A stretch of 61,620 bases of DNA, filler included, from Choristocarpus tenellus KU-1152 (lineage: Eukaryota; Protista; Phaeophyceae), in assembly GCA_964200185.2 (NCBI GenBank). It is 12 parts of 12 records of this genome, joined end to end, with 100 filler letters (N's around TTAATTAATTAA, not from the genome) between each part and the next. Parts side by side here need not be neighbours in the genome. Positions count along the whole stretch, not along the records: positions 19,754 to 26,172 come from CAXNAD020008181.1; positions 26,273 to 31,038 come from CAXNAD020013140.1; positions 31,139 to 34,051 come from CAXNAD020023695.1; positions 34,152 to 41,620 come from CAXNAD020006108.1; 8 more parts are not named here. One strand, 5' to 3'. The translations under genes and the position numbers were made by a program. Of this stretch, positions 25,901-37,792 are shown piece by piece (the stretch's first letter is position 1; each line of letters begins with the position of its first letter). The notes below the pieces were generated by a model. The model had not been told where the DNA came from, did no database searches, and saw only the letters and a program-made list of their open reading frames with translations.

Positions 25901-26172
25901 GTCCGAACCTATCTAATGTGGCACCCAAATACGTCGCGTAGAAAATTGTGGGCCTTGCGGGTAAGTGTTGGATCCGTCGTGTGTTCAACGTTTTGCCACA
26001 ATAAGGTTGACGTTTTTGCACCACCTTCGGACGAGATTACCTCCAAAAAGCATTACATTCTTGAATCACCGAACTCTGCCTCCCCCCCCCCAAACCCCCT
26101 CCCCCCACCCAACCCCCCCGCCGTCTTTGTCTTCCCCGATGCCCAGCCGCGTGCAAGCTTCTGCCCGAATCC
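19978..26172 (+). pseudogene. Multi-exon gene: HTH-like region + PHD-like finger + catalytically degenerate beta-class N6/N4 DNA-methyltransferase-like domain; three in-frame stops; both ends off-contig
   Basis: Phase-consistent exons: 19978-20120, 20471-20685 (GC donor), 21006-21143, 21332-21428, 21998-22395, 22788-23063, 23278-23294, 23493-23699, 24463-24769, 25050-25230, 25603-25800 and 26147->26172 (~730 codons). In-frame TAA at 22370 and 24717, TAG at 25090. Domain calls are by motif resemblance. Confidence 0.7.
23802..24059 (+). mobile_element. MITE family A copy with AATA target-site duplication (intronic)
   Basis: aata|GAGTGAAAGTATCTTAGAGGGTA...TACCCTCTAAGATACTTTGGCAC|aata. Confidence 0.92.
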
Positions 26173-26448
26173 NNNNNNNNNNNNNNNNNNNNNNNNNNNN
26201 NNNNNNNNNNNNNNNNTTAATTAATTAANNNNNNNNNNNNNNNNNNNNNNNNNNNNNNNNNNNNNNNNNNNNAAAGCAATTCCTAACCCTGGTCCCCCCC
26301 ACGGGACTCCCTCGACCCACCCCCCCCCCCCCGCCCCAAAAGTCCTACCTATAAAATAATACAATATCCTCCAGTTCCGCCTCAAAAAAATGCATGAAAA
26401 CCCTTCTTTCGGTCCATACACCCCCCTAACAGAGAACACCCCCCACAC

Positions 26449-28950
26449 CTGTATGCCCATCCGTTGCTTGGCATACTCCTCGATGTCTGACTTGGTTGTG
26501 GTCTCAATGACCCGCCCTTTCCAGAGCTTAAAAGCATACAATCACACACACACACACATAAAATAAATAAAAAATAGGTGGACAAGAGAGGGGAAATGAG
26601 GTGTTAGGGCAATAGAGCAAACTGTCAACGAAACATGGCAAGTAGCCTTGACAAGAGCTTTCAAAAATGTGCATACATAAATATATATATATATATGGGG
26701 GATAACTGGGTGTGGAAGGAGGGGGGCTAATTAGGATCAATGGTGGGATTGTTTAAGCGACTAAAGAATAGAGAGCAAGAAGTAAGTTACCATGGGGTGT
26801 CATGGGTATAGTGTGTAGGATAGCAAGAGGTGATCGATACACTCTGTACACAAAGGGATCAGGGGGGACGGGGGACGGCGGAACAAGTCCAGCAGTTTGA
26901 AATTTGTAAATGTCGATTTGAACTCCAAAAAATGGAGTATGTTGTAGATGTCATGGTAGTATCAACCATGTTGTAGATAACACACATTTAGGCCTTTCGG
27001 TTTCTTACTTTTTTCTTATTTGTACATTCCAGCCTACAACATCGCTCCAGTTTCCATAAAAAACAAGGTAAATGCAAGATCTTGTTTAATGCGAGACGTG
27101 CATATAGTAATTGCAGTTTGGATCCTGAATTGCACTTGGCAATGATTTACTCAACAAACAAAATGTTGAGGGTGGAAAATAGTTTTATATATATATATAG
27201 AGAGAGAGAGAGTTCAGATTGTGGAGCACTTGTATACAGCAGTGATACTACTCTAGGGATAACATTGGATCTTTCATGCTTGAAAATTATCGGAATGTTG
27301 CTAATGTGTTGGAGTGAAGTCAAATCAGAATAGTGTTGTCTGAAAATGAGTTACTGTCTGGGCAGTTACAAGTATGATATGCTTTGCCAATAATTTGAAG
27401 TTTTTTACTAAGCAATGCAGAGAAGGACAGTTTTTTTTATCAAACGTAAGAATCTTTGGCCATTGTTCCAAAAAAACTATACCTCTCCTTCATCACAGGA
27501 AATCTTCATTTGCTGAGACAGCAAGGACTGTGCGGAGCCAACCCCCAGACATCATACCCACCCAAAACACCACCAACACCCCACAGCAGAAACATTGCAA
27601 TATCAGTCACGTTTTAAAGACAATATCGTTCAAGACAAGCAACAACTTAAAAGTTCGGTAAAGCCCTGCAGCAACCGAACCCCACGTGAAAATCTACTAC
27701 GAAACCAACAATCTTCTCCCAGAGTGATACAATTTTCTCCAGGCAAGGAAGACTAAGCAAGAATCCATTACATAAATATTCTGAACTCGTCATACCGCAA
27801 ACCAATGCGGCAGATGCCCCCGACCTTTGCAATATGCTTCAAGGTTGTGTTGTTTGTCTGAATTAGGGTGTTCCATAGAGCTACAGCTACCTCCTTGCAT
27901 TTCGAGAGCTTCTCACGGGGGTTAGTGAGTCAGCTCACCCTCATGAGGCTACGGCTGGCGCAGGAGGAGGCAATGAGGTTGGCATGATTTTGTAAGGCAT
28001 GGCGATAAGTGTGAACTATCACGTGATTTCGCTGTAAGTGGTGTTGCCACACTACAATACTAAGATCTGCGCTTCCAGGAGCGTATACCGTTTGGTGGTG
28101 AGTCCGACGCTTGCAACGCAATAAGGGAAGTTTGAAAGGGAATATGTGCAATGTGTTTTCTACACTATCTGATGTGCAATCGATGTCGGTGTTTTGTTTC
28201 CTCTCCAAACACAGCAAACTGCTTGGTCGGGGTGCTTGTTAGTGCTGATTTTGTTCTTCAGAGGGTTGGCATATAAACCCACCTCCAAGGCGCAGATCCT
28301 GAGCTCGGTGATTGTCGCCTCTGCTGCTGCTTGCACTACAGCTTCTCGACTCTCATCCTTCCCGTCCTCATCGTCAGCACACAAGCACGACAGGAATGAC
28401 TAGATTGACGGGTGAGGTGCAGAGGAGCGTCGATCAGTCTCCAGCAAACTACACCAGTGCTAAAGGGTAAGTGCAAGGATTCATTTCCTCCTCCTTGAAG
28501 ATCACGTCGTTGAAGATGCATATGCCAACTTTTGGCAAGGAGTGCTTCTTGGAAAGGGGACATAGGTTGGACCATATGGCCAGACCTGCCCCACCTGAAA
28601 CTTTGCATTGCACTTGGCAACACTGGGGCTGAAGAAGCACGTCTCCTTAGTCCGCAGCCTTTGCAGAAGTACTTTCTCGAGTTTCTTGTTGGCATCCATC
28701 CTCTAGGTAACCCAAGGGATGTGTGTTTCCCTTTTGTTCAGGTTTTGTTTAGGTCCTCGCTTTTCGTTTTGGTTTGTATTAAGACTAAAGGCGGCGAGCT
28801 CGCGCGCAATCCTTCGATAATGCGCGGTAGACAGTGATGGAGTAGTAGTACAAGCAAGACATCTGAGGCTCTCAGGTTGTTGGTGACACTTTGACAACAG
28901 CCTACCTCTAGTCGAGGGGGGGTGCAAAGGTGAGGTAGACAAGGTTTAGC
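26449..28950 (-). pseudogene. Possible MULE/Mutator-like transposase remnant with spliced exons
   Basis: Stop-interrupted frames read FNDVIFK..NPCTYPLALV*FAGD*...IPVVLVCADDEDGKDESREAV (cf. MULE DxT...N.Y..PL....D....PVA....E) and VYAPGSADLSIVVWQHHLQRN (cf. FP.A....CxWH..RN). An exon-like piece lies at 26516-26449 (GRVIETTTKSDIEEYAKQRMGIQ). Resemblance only. Confidence 0.35.
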
Positions 28951-29394
28951 AGACTTCAGCTCATGGAATACCTCTTGAAATATGTAGAACTTGCTTGAGG
29001 TTGGGAGTAAATGCATGTCTTTTTCGTGGATCATCATGTTGAGTTTGACGAAAGTTGAGAAGTAGTCTACCCTCACTTGCCTGTTCGTGCCTAAACGAGG
29101 TTGATCCGGAATAATATTCTTCATGGTAGATACGTACTTGTATTTCAGATCGGAAAAATGCTGGCATGACTTGCCAATCTCTACACAAGAGAAGATCAAC
29201 TCCTCTCATGAGGACTGTGAGGATTGTCGGTCGCTTACGAGTGGTGTGTACAAGTTGTGGTGCGGAAAGCATTTATGCGTGACCCTTGGAAATAATTCTC
29301 CACTATTCACCGTAACCTGGTCGATGCTGGAGTGAATCCCTCTATCTTCCGACTAGCAGGCGGAGTCTCGTTGTACACCTGGGCTGTGAGTAGT

Positions 29395-30964
29395 ATGGTT
29401 GGACGGATTGCAACGGCGTGTCTGGTGGCATGCGCAGCCTATCCGGCTGCAGGTTTCCTGCCCGTGCCGGCAGTTGGGGGCTCCGGATGGGCGAGGTGCG
29501 TTATGATATCCTTCATCATGCCATAATTATTGTGGCAATAGGGGCTCGTCTATTCTTGATCTGGTCAAGTCACTTCAATTCTAGGGAAACGAACAGCCTA
29601 AACATTCCGCCCACATTGACTATTTGATCGAATTGAAACAATGTCATGCTGTGCTTCCACCGGGGACAGAACATCCATGCCTGTGAAGTCATTGAATCGC
29701 TCGACATGTCAATTGGGAACAAACTAAACATGACAACACAACGTCCTGTGCTACATTTAATCAACCTGTTCTACGCTTAGTGCATATCAACTTGGGGAGA
29801 TGGGTGTTGCTAACCCTGAATATTGAAGGGGGGGCTGTGATCACCCTCAACCGCTTGTCGTGATTATGTTGGTTCTGAAGGTGTGCTTTGTCTTTCCAAC
29901 CAGCCCTTAGAAGTGTTGCAATGACTAGTACCGGAAAAGATTCTACATCCCATTTATTTGATTAAACATCTTCACCTCCTACTTCTCTACTCCATACACA
30001 TAACCCTCCGTCCTGCAGTGTAATGTAGGGTGTCGGTGAGACAGAGCACTGGGGCTCCACAGGGGCAATAGTCGCTACCTCTTTGTCATGTTTTTTTATT
30101 ATACAGGATTTAACCTCTTGACAAAACGTTTTTGGTTCAACTCATAGAGCTCTAGGTGGCTTGTGAACAGGTGGGAAAGCTTCCGTACATTGAGTGCCAT
30201 GCACGCAGGTAATGATTTCATTTTTTTTATCGCATTCATACTAGTGTCTTCAAAATTGTGATCAGAACTATCCTACCCAGTCAGATCCGAAACAGCTTTG
30301 CCTTCCCCATGCCCCATGAATACAAAAAAATTGAACCTACTCTCCTGCAGCACACTTCCCGTGTATAACCAATGATGTTGACTTTACTTTCCCTGTATCA
30401 ACAGAGAGGACCAACAACAAGGTGTTTAATTGATTGAATGTGTTGATGAAGATGTGCATGCCTAGGGCCCTTATGTGCGTCAAGTATCTGTTAATCGGGC
30501 AACTTATTGAATCATTTTTCAAAAGGCTTAGAATTATATGTCTGTCTATGCCTGACTGGCTACTCCTCCTGCCCCTCTGTCCTCATACCAAGTGAGTGGA
30601 TGATATTTTCAATTGTTGATCATCTCTTACTTAGCCCATTTAGTTTATTTTTTTATCCAGCTTCTTTTCTACCCCTTCCCTCCCTTTCCTCTATGTGATG
30701 TTGTGACCACGGTGTTGTGCGTGTGCTCACCTCCTTACTGTACACGGAGATGCACACTCCAATGCACAACATAAGAAAATAATGATTTGTAACTGTATAA
30801 CTTGCAGGGTTGGTCATACACATCCTGCTACCATGAACCCCCGGATGGGAATGGCCATGGGTTTGCCTGGGGACTTTGACCCGATGGACCCAACCAATGA
30901 CCACCTGGATCTCATCCGGATGTCCCAGGCTGGTGGTGGTAGCGCAGGCAGGGTTCCGCCGAAG
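29395..30964 (+). CDS. N-terminus of a plastid-targeted protein (possibly ClpR/ClpP-like), partial
   Basis: Exons 29395-29495 and 30808-30964 join in phase 2. MVGRIATACLVACAAYPAAG|FLP is a signal peptide with an ASAFAP-type cleavage motif, followed by a transit-like segment and ...GGGSAGRVPPK. The ClpR idea rests only on resemblance to sequence preceding TPPPDLPSLLL. Confidence 0.6.
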
Positions 30965-32167
30965 GTGTGTCTTTTAATTCTTTGGAGGGGGGGGGGGTGG
31001 GGGAGGGGAAGCACGTCAGCTTACAGCCTACGGAATGGNNNNNNNNNNNNNNNNNNNNNNNNNNNNNNNNNNNNNNNNNNNNTTAATTAATTAANNNNNN
31101 NNNNNNNNNNNNNNNNNNNNNNNNNNNNNNNNNNNNNNCGTCTTCCGATCTCCTCATAGTTCTGCACCATCCTCAATTTTGAGAAATCCCTGTTCATTGT
31201 TATAATCCGGATAGGATACTTTTTGGGAAAAGTAGTGTGTACTATCGAGGCACATATTGCAACATGTTCACCATGTTACACATGCATTGAACCCCTCTTC
31301 CTTGTTGTGCTGAACCCCTTTAAATACCACAGAGGGGAGCTGGCAAGTTGCCAGCGAATGCAGACTCTCCTGAGTTACTATGACATCACAAAATGGAAGC
31401 TACAGAACAGGACTTGCTTATATCCTGTCATGTCAAACAACAACGGGACTAGGATGAAGTTGGGTATTGATAAAACTGCTTCTTGCTAGTCAGGGCGAGG
31501 AGGGATCACTGCCAAGCTTACATCCGCAGAAGATCAACTCATGCTAAGATAAACCAAGAGTAATATTGAGCACATGGCAAAACAGGTAACAATCAGTCAA
31601 ATTCAGCTGATTAGCCAACAAATTAAAGGTATTTGCCCTGCATCATTCACAATGTATCCCCTTGGTGTGTACCTCCAACAGATACATGGACAACTCTCCC
31701 AAATTCACATTACAGGCAGATTCATTGCCGTATGATCGATAGATAATGGGGATTCAGCCTCGGCAACTGGTACATACAACATGACCTACTAACTGAGGGG
31801 CCTTTTCTTGAAGGTGATCTTGCCGCCACCCCTTGTACGCATCATTTTCATGCCAAAAACACAAAAGCAAGGCTCTTCCACTCCCAATAGGGTGCACTAC
31901 ACCAGGCAACAACAATCGACCTCATACCAAACAAAAACATTAGGGGGTTGAACATGTCCTCTGAAAAAGAAAAGAGAATCTAACTTTGCTCGATTGCATC
32001 CACAGGGCGCACAAGAGACCACAACAGCAAGAAGAGCGCCCTTGCCTTGCCTTACGTTACCCTGTGCACATTTTTATACTATCTATCTGAGTTTCAACCT
32101 CCAACACTCCCAGTAAAGTGTGTCTCCACACCATGTGATGCGGTAAAGAGGACCTTCAGATGCTAAT

Positions 32168-33967
32168 CTATTCTTTCACTTCCTTGAGAAGCCAGAAACC
32201 TGCCACGTCATCAGCATCCATGCTGTCCTGCACTGCCACGAAGTGAAATCCACCAAGTGCCCTCTTCGTCTCCTCAAAATTTTGCGCTGTGTTTATCAAG
32301 TGTCAGAGTCAGACAAAGCATTAAAAAGTAAAACTATGGGGGAGGGAAGGGGAGGAAGTTGAACCAAGCCAAAACGTATCACGAGGGAATGCAACGGCAA
32401 TGCATTGGATACTACTTCAAAGTCTTCACTAATCCAGTACTCAGAATCATAGTTATCAATAAAGTAATATTTCCAAGAAAATGGCACTTGCATTTTGGCC
32501 GCAAGCATCCCTAACCCTAGTCTTACCTCCTAAGTTGAACGATACCTGGGGTAATAAAGGTTGATTAACTCTTTGCAGTGTCTCAAGGGTCATATATAAC
32601 TCTCCAACAAGAATAATGGAGGGTACAGAACACACATTACAGCTCGTTGAATGGCCTGCAGTACAGTTCTTTAGTCTTTTTTTAATGGCCTACAAGGTCA
32701 GGAGTAGTAGTCTTCAAAAGTTACACACACACACACACACTATGAGGCAGGTGAGCCCCCCATCCCACCAAGTACTGCAGACACACATCCCAATTCAACG
32801 ATACCGTCCTGAGGGGATATGTGTGTGTGTGTGTGAGTGTGTGTGTATGTGGCTGGTACCCACAAGTGCACAGAAAAAAAGGATATGATTATTGCAAAAT
32901 GATTTGAAATGCTGAATTACTCCACTATTTCAACCACCTGCTACTGAAGCATTCCCATGCATTTTGGTCACCTTTGAGGGTGTGAATGAATAGATAGATG
33001 AATGACCAATACACGCATAGCATTTGTGTTTCGCCATCACAACTCTACAAAAAGAGGGGGAAAGAGTTTACACACACACACACACACACACACACAAAAC
33101 TATTTGCGGCTACATAGCACTTCATAGTGCTACAGCCTTATCCTAACCAATCTCCAACCCGCCACCACGTATCACGTGCTCGTATTGCTCTACCCCGCAC
33201 CAGAGGATGCCTCTTTACAGATCTTTTTTTTTATTAATTACACACATAGTTCTAGAACTTGCAGTGGTACCTTGTACTCAAGAGTAATCCAGGATAAAAG
33301 GGAAGGGAAGCATGCAGAAGGGCTGTTAAGTATATACCATATGCGTATCTAAAGCATTCAGCCCTCACCCTCAGGTCGCTGGTCGCCCTGCACTCGGGCC
33401 ACGAGGTACTGCGTGTCAATGCCACATTCAAGGACAAGCTCCCGGGTTTTTAGGTTTGCCTGTCAAGCTCAGGGGAAGGGCCGGCAATACAACAGGGTGC
33501 GTTTACCATGCAAAACCCTCAGAGGGGAGGATCGAGAGGGCATTGAATCCGTAACTGCTATATTTTATGCTTCGAAACACACTACTGTATCGTTCTTGCA
33601 CACAGCCCAGTAGTTCTTGTCATGAAAGATGAAGCTCGGTCAATATTGAAGCAATAGTTTGAGCATGGCCAAGACAAGTTCTCTGGGTAATGGGTGGGGG
33701 AATTATTGATTGAGATTTATGGGAAACAAGGTGCACATGTCGAGCAAAACCCCAAAAGAGGAGGATCGCAGGTGGGGGATGCAAAATCAATATTTGCAGC
33801 AAAGCACTCCTCAAAGCTTGACTTTGGTTGCCTTCTGATAACACACCTTAAAGAATGCTACTTCGAGACCGGTCATCCATGTGGCTAGAGGAATGGCCCT
33901 CTCGGTGAAGATGGCCAGGCCAGGGACCATGGTATCATCAGAGAGAGACTTATCCAGTGGGCACAGC
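32168..33967 (-). CDS. TAB2: Tab2/ATAB2 plastid RNA-binding translation factor, last three exons
   Basis: Exons 33967-33847, 33459-33369 and 32286-32168 give DTMVPGLAIFTERAIPLATWMTGLE...ELVLECG...EAQNFEETKRALGGFHFVAVQDSMDADDVAGFWLLKEVKE*, the characteristic Tab2 C-terminal motifs. Confidence 0.9.
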
Positions 33968-34909
33968 CTGCAAGGAATAAAGGTATGAACGGGGGGGGGG
34001 GTAAGCAGGATGACCCTGTGCTCAAAGTGCAGTGAGGGGGGCATAGAGATANNNNNNNNNNNNNNNNNNNNNNNNNNNNNNNNNNNNNNNNNNNNTTAAT
34101 TAATTAANNNNNNNNNNNNNNNNNNNNNNNNNNNNNNNNNNNNNNNNNNNNCCAAAAAAGGGAAAATCGAAAAAAGGGTGAAAAACGGACGCCGACACCC
34201 CCCCCCCAGATACTTTGACCCTGATTGAGATATGCCTTGTATGGTTCTGGCAGGTAGTCCCTCTCGAAACGTAAGACAGGATAAGAGAGAAGACAACAGA
34301 TATTCAGGGGGAGTACATCGAGCATTGAAGGGGGAAGGTGGTTTTAAGGATCATTGACCCCAGGAGAAGACTTGTTAAAAGAACACATAAGCTGGAGGGA
34401 TAGTGGTGTATAGTACCCCAACAGGTTTGTTACGACAAGGGTAGGGTATACGGATGCAGTTACTTAGGATTGAGATCGTGTGATTCCACATTCAAGTAGA
34501 GGACTATTGTGGTATCATTCCAGAACTGCTTTTGTCCTTTCTGATGCATTATGAAGTTTTTCCCAGAATGGCTTTGAGTTCCCACATACATACATGGGGT
34601 TGTGTTCCTCTCTCTCTCTCTATACATATATATATACTTTTCCTCTTTATATACAAATTTCTTCAATGATTTTATTTTCCTCATTTTGGGTTATGTTAAT
34701 TACCTATTTAAAGCTTTGAAGTCAATGTGTATGCTTCACCCTATGGGGCATTGGATAGACAATTGTAAGCATTTATTCGTCATGAATGGTGTGGGAGTTT
34801 TGGGTTTATTCATTGACAAATTACATGAGGCTGGCACTGAATTGAACTTCGTAACTCATGGACTGGACTACGTAACAAATGCCCTCTTCGAAGGTGAGGT
34901 GTGACATGG

Positions 34910-35455
34910 ACAGATCGGAACTGGGGACCCTTTTATTGTAGGCCAAGTCAGAGATGTATGCTTTGTGACCTTTTAACCAGACCCCCATAAGAGACAAGCA
35001 TATACTCTGATTAGTTTAGATGTGAACTGACTCAGATTGCATCCTGTGACATTTGGACAGACAATCCCAAAATAAAAAAGTTTATATACTTATCACAAGT
35101 TGTGATTGGGCAGATCGGACCTGGGGACCCTTCTTTTATTGTGAGTTAGGTCAGAAATGTATGCTTGTAACTTTTGATTCAAACCCTCAGAAGAGACAAA
35201 TGTATAATCTGATTAAGCCAGATGTGAATTGACTCTGACTGTATCCTGTGACTTTTGGATGGACACTCCCAAAAGGAACAAAGGGTATACATTGATCACA
35301 GTTGTGACTGGGTAATTCGGAACTGGGGATCCTTTTCTTGTAGACCAAGTCAAAGATGTATGCTTTGTAACGTTTTAACCAGACCCCTAGAAGGGAGAAG
35401 TATATACTCTGATTTTGGTCAGATACGAACTGACTCTGATTGTATCTGGTGTACT
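34910..35455. repeat. Tandem repeat, ~200-bp unit, ~2.7 copies
   Basis: Units begin with CAGATCGGA(A/C)CTGGGGACCC at ~34910 and ~35111, and a variant (TAATTCGGAACTGGGGATCC) at ~35313. A unit start recurs near 35740. Confidence 0.85.
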
Positions 35456-37792
35456 GTTTTATTAATACTCTTACAAGAAACAAGAGGATAAAAAATGTAT
35501 TCTCCATACTAGCGGCTGTCACCATTATTTTGGTTTGTTCAGTGCAATCATCGTTTATATCTTTTCTACCTTACTATACCATAAAATGTTTCAATTCCAT
35601 AAAGTACTGAAAATGAAATTATAACAGGTATAAATTTTACTAGATCGCTTTTTTCAATAAGCTTTTTTGTAGGTTTTAAAGATTCAAAAAGTGTTTTGAA
35701 TTTCATGTATTCTTTGGTCACTGCTTAGAAGTTACTGGGTAATTCGGAACTGGACTTCCTTTTATACCAACTTAAAGCCAAATTCTATTTCGAGTTCTTG
35801 GTCTCACCACCTAACGGTGACAAGTATATGCTGTTGCATGACGTTACAGAAAGACGTTCTGTTTTGTTTTTACTTATGACAGTCGCCTCTGGTAAGCGTG
35901 AAACATGAGTAGGACAACCTAGTTCACGCTGGGGGACGCATGTTACAGGCAAATAACGTATGTATTGGTTCTCACGCTCTAACCAGTGTGAGCGAGAGGT
36001 GTGCATGTGGCGAGCTCAATAGGGAAGGTTCCAGTGCCAATAATTACACTGTAAAATCTCTGGCCCCAAATGGACGCTCAACCTCCCCCCCTTAAACCCT
36101 TAAATTGAGAATCACACGACGTTTTTCAGCATTGTTGCGGCTTCTGAAAACTCAACCTTTCCGATTACAGTCATGATCCTCACAACCACCCTTGGAATCT
36201 GCCATCTAGTCGAACTTAACTTGAGATTAATGATACCTTTTATCTAACAACCTGACAACCACCTTTTTCGTTTGTTGTCAGGCTATCGATAGATTAGAGG
36301 CGTCTTTTATGAGACTCGTCACTAGCCCTCAGGCTTCCGGATTGGAGCTGCATATCCGGTAAAGATAGGCGGTAGAGCGTCTTGTAACATTTATACTGTG
36401 TAGAGCTGGTCTCTACTTAGGAGGTCCTGGGCAGACTTGACAATAGAAGGGAAATTGAATTCGTTTACTTTTTGTGCATTAATTGTAGTTATCTTCCCTT
36501 GTTCATTCAGTACATGCATCAGGCGATGATCTCAAGAGGACATACACATATTGAGGGGGTCACCCGAGAAGCTTTTGGAGTGGATATGTCCTATCAGCCT
36601 GTTGTGACTTAGAGTTAGCTTTACAGGTGTCCTTTAATTATTTTTCATTTACGGGTACAGCAAAATACTCTAACCCTAACCCTCATTACCAAAATTTTCC
36701 TCTACCATGACCTACAAACTACACGATGACATGACTCAACATATACGCAGCAGTAAAGCTAGTGCATCCTGCTCACAGCCCACACAATCCGTCGATGTTG
36801 CAGCAACTCAGGACTTCTGTAAGTCAGATCACACATTCTTTGAAGCGGTCTATACTGCATACTACATCTAAGTAAAAATACTATTCAACACATTTCTACC
36901 ATATACTCCGGACCATATCTATCCAATGTGATGACCAGAACCAGTGGAGGCTTGTTGACACTACCAGTGCTTGGGTGATGGTGTCCAAGGGATGGCACAT
37001 CTAGATGTACCTTGCAAGTGCATCGAAACTGCCCAAGCCATTGAATGAGACAGCACAGCAGTGATGAATAACACTCCTTACAACAATGCCTAGTACACAT
37101 TAGGTCATGAACATGCACAAGGCAGCAAACAATATCAGCAGGTGACCGAAGACCCTCCAAACAACATGTATGGCCTGGTTCCTCCCCTTTCGAGACTAAA
37201 AGATACCAGTCATACTGGACACAGGATATCATCGCTTCAACTCTTATACCCAATAACCCAGAAATACTATTATAGCAGTACATCTCACTGCACAAGTACA
37301 TGATACCGCCAAAGGCTATACTTTGCACTACTCTATTTTGTACCTTTCGATTTATCAATCTATGCGCAGAGGAAAAATGACTTCAACCACAGCACACATC
37401 CCTGCTGAACAAGATATGCATCTAGTATGCTTGTTGCCACTTTCTCTCTTCTGCTCGTCTTTGCCCTCCTTTGGCACCTGATGGTTGGCCCACCCTCCCA
37501 AACATCATCACGGAAGGGGACGATGTAGCTACCTTCAATCAGCCCGAAATGTTATTGCAAATTCAATCTTGCGAAGATTCTCTCTTACCACAAGTGACAC
37601 GCGAAATACCAAAGGAAAGATATTCGGTCCTTTCGTCTGCCTGACCCCTAAGCTAAGGGAAGACAAGACAAGACAACACCACAACACATCTCAACAAAAC
37701 TCAACCCTCACAACAAGCACAATCTACCTCCCCCAATAGTGACTCCCCTGTACGAAAGATCCAGATATGATGACACGATATTGCTGCAACGG

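Noticed and set aside
31139-31151. CGTCTTCCGATCT at a contig start
   Set aside because: Resembles the Illumina adapter end (CTCTTCCGATCT); likely a technical remnant.
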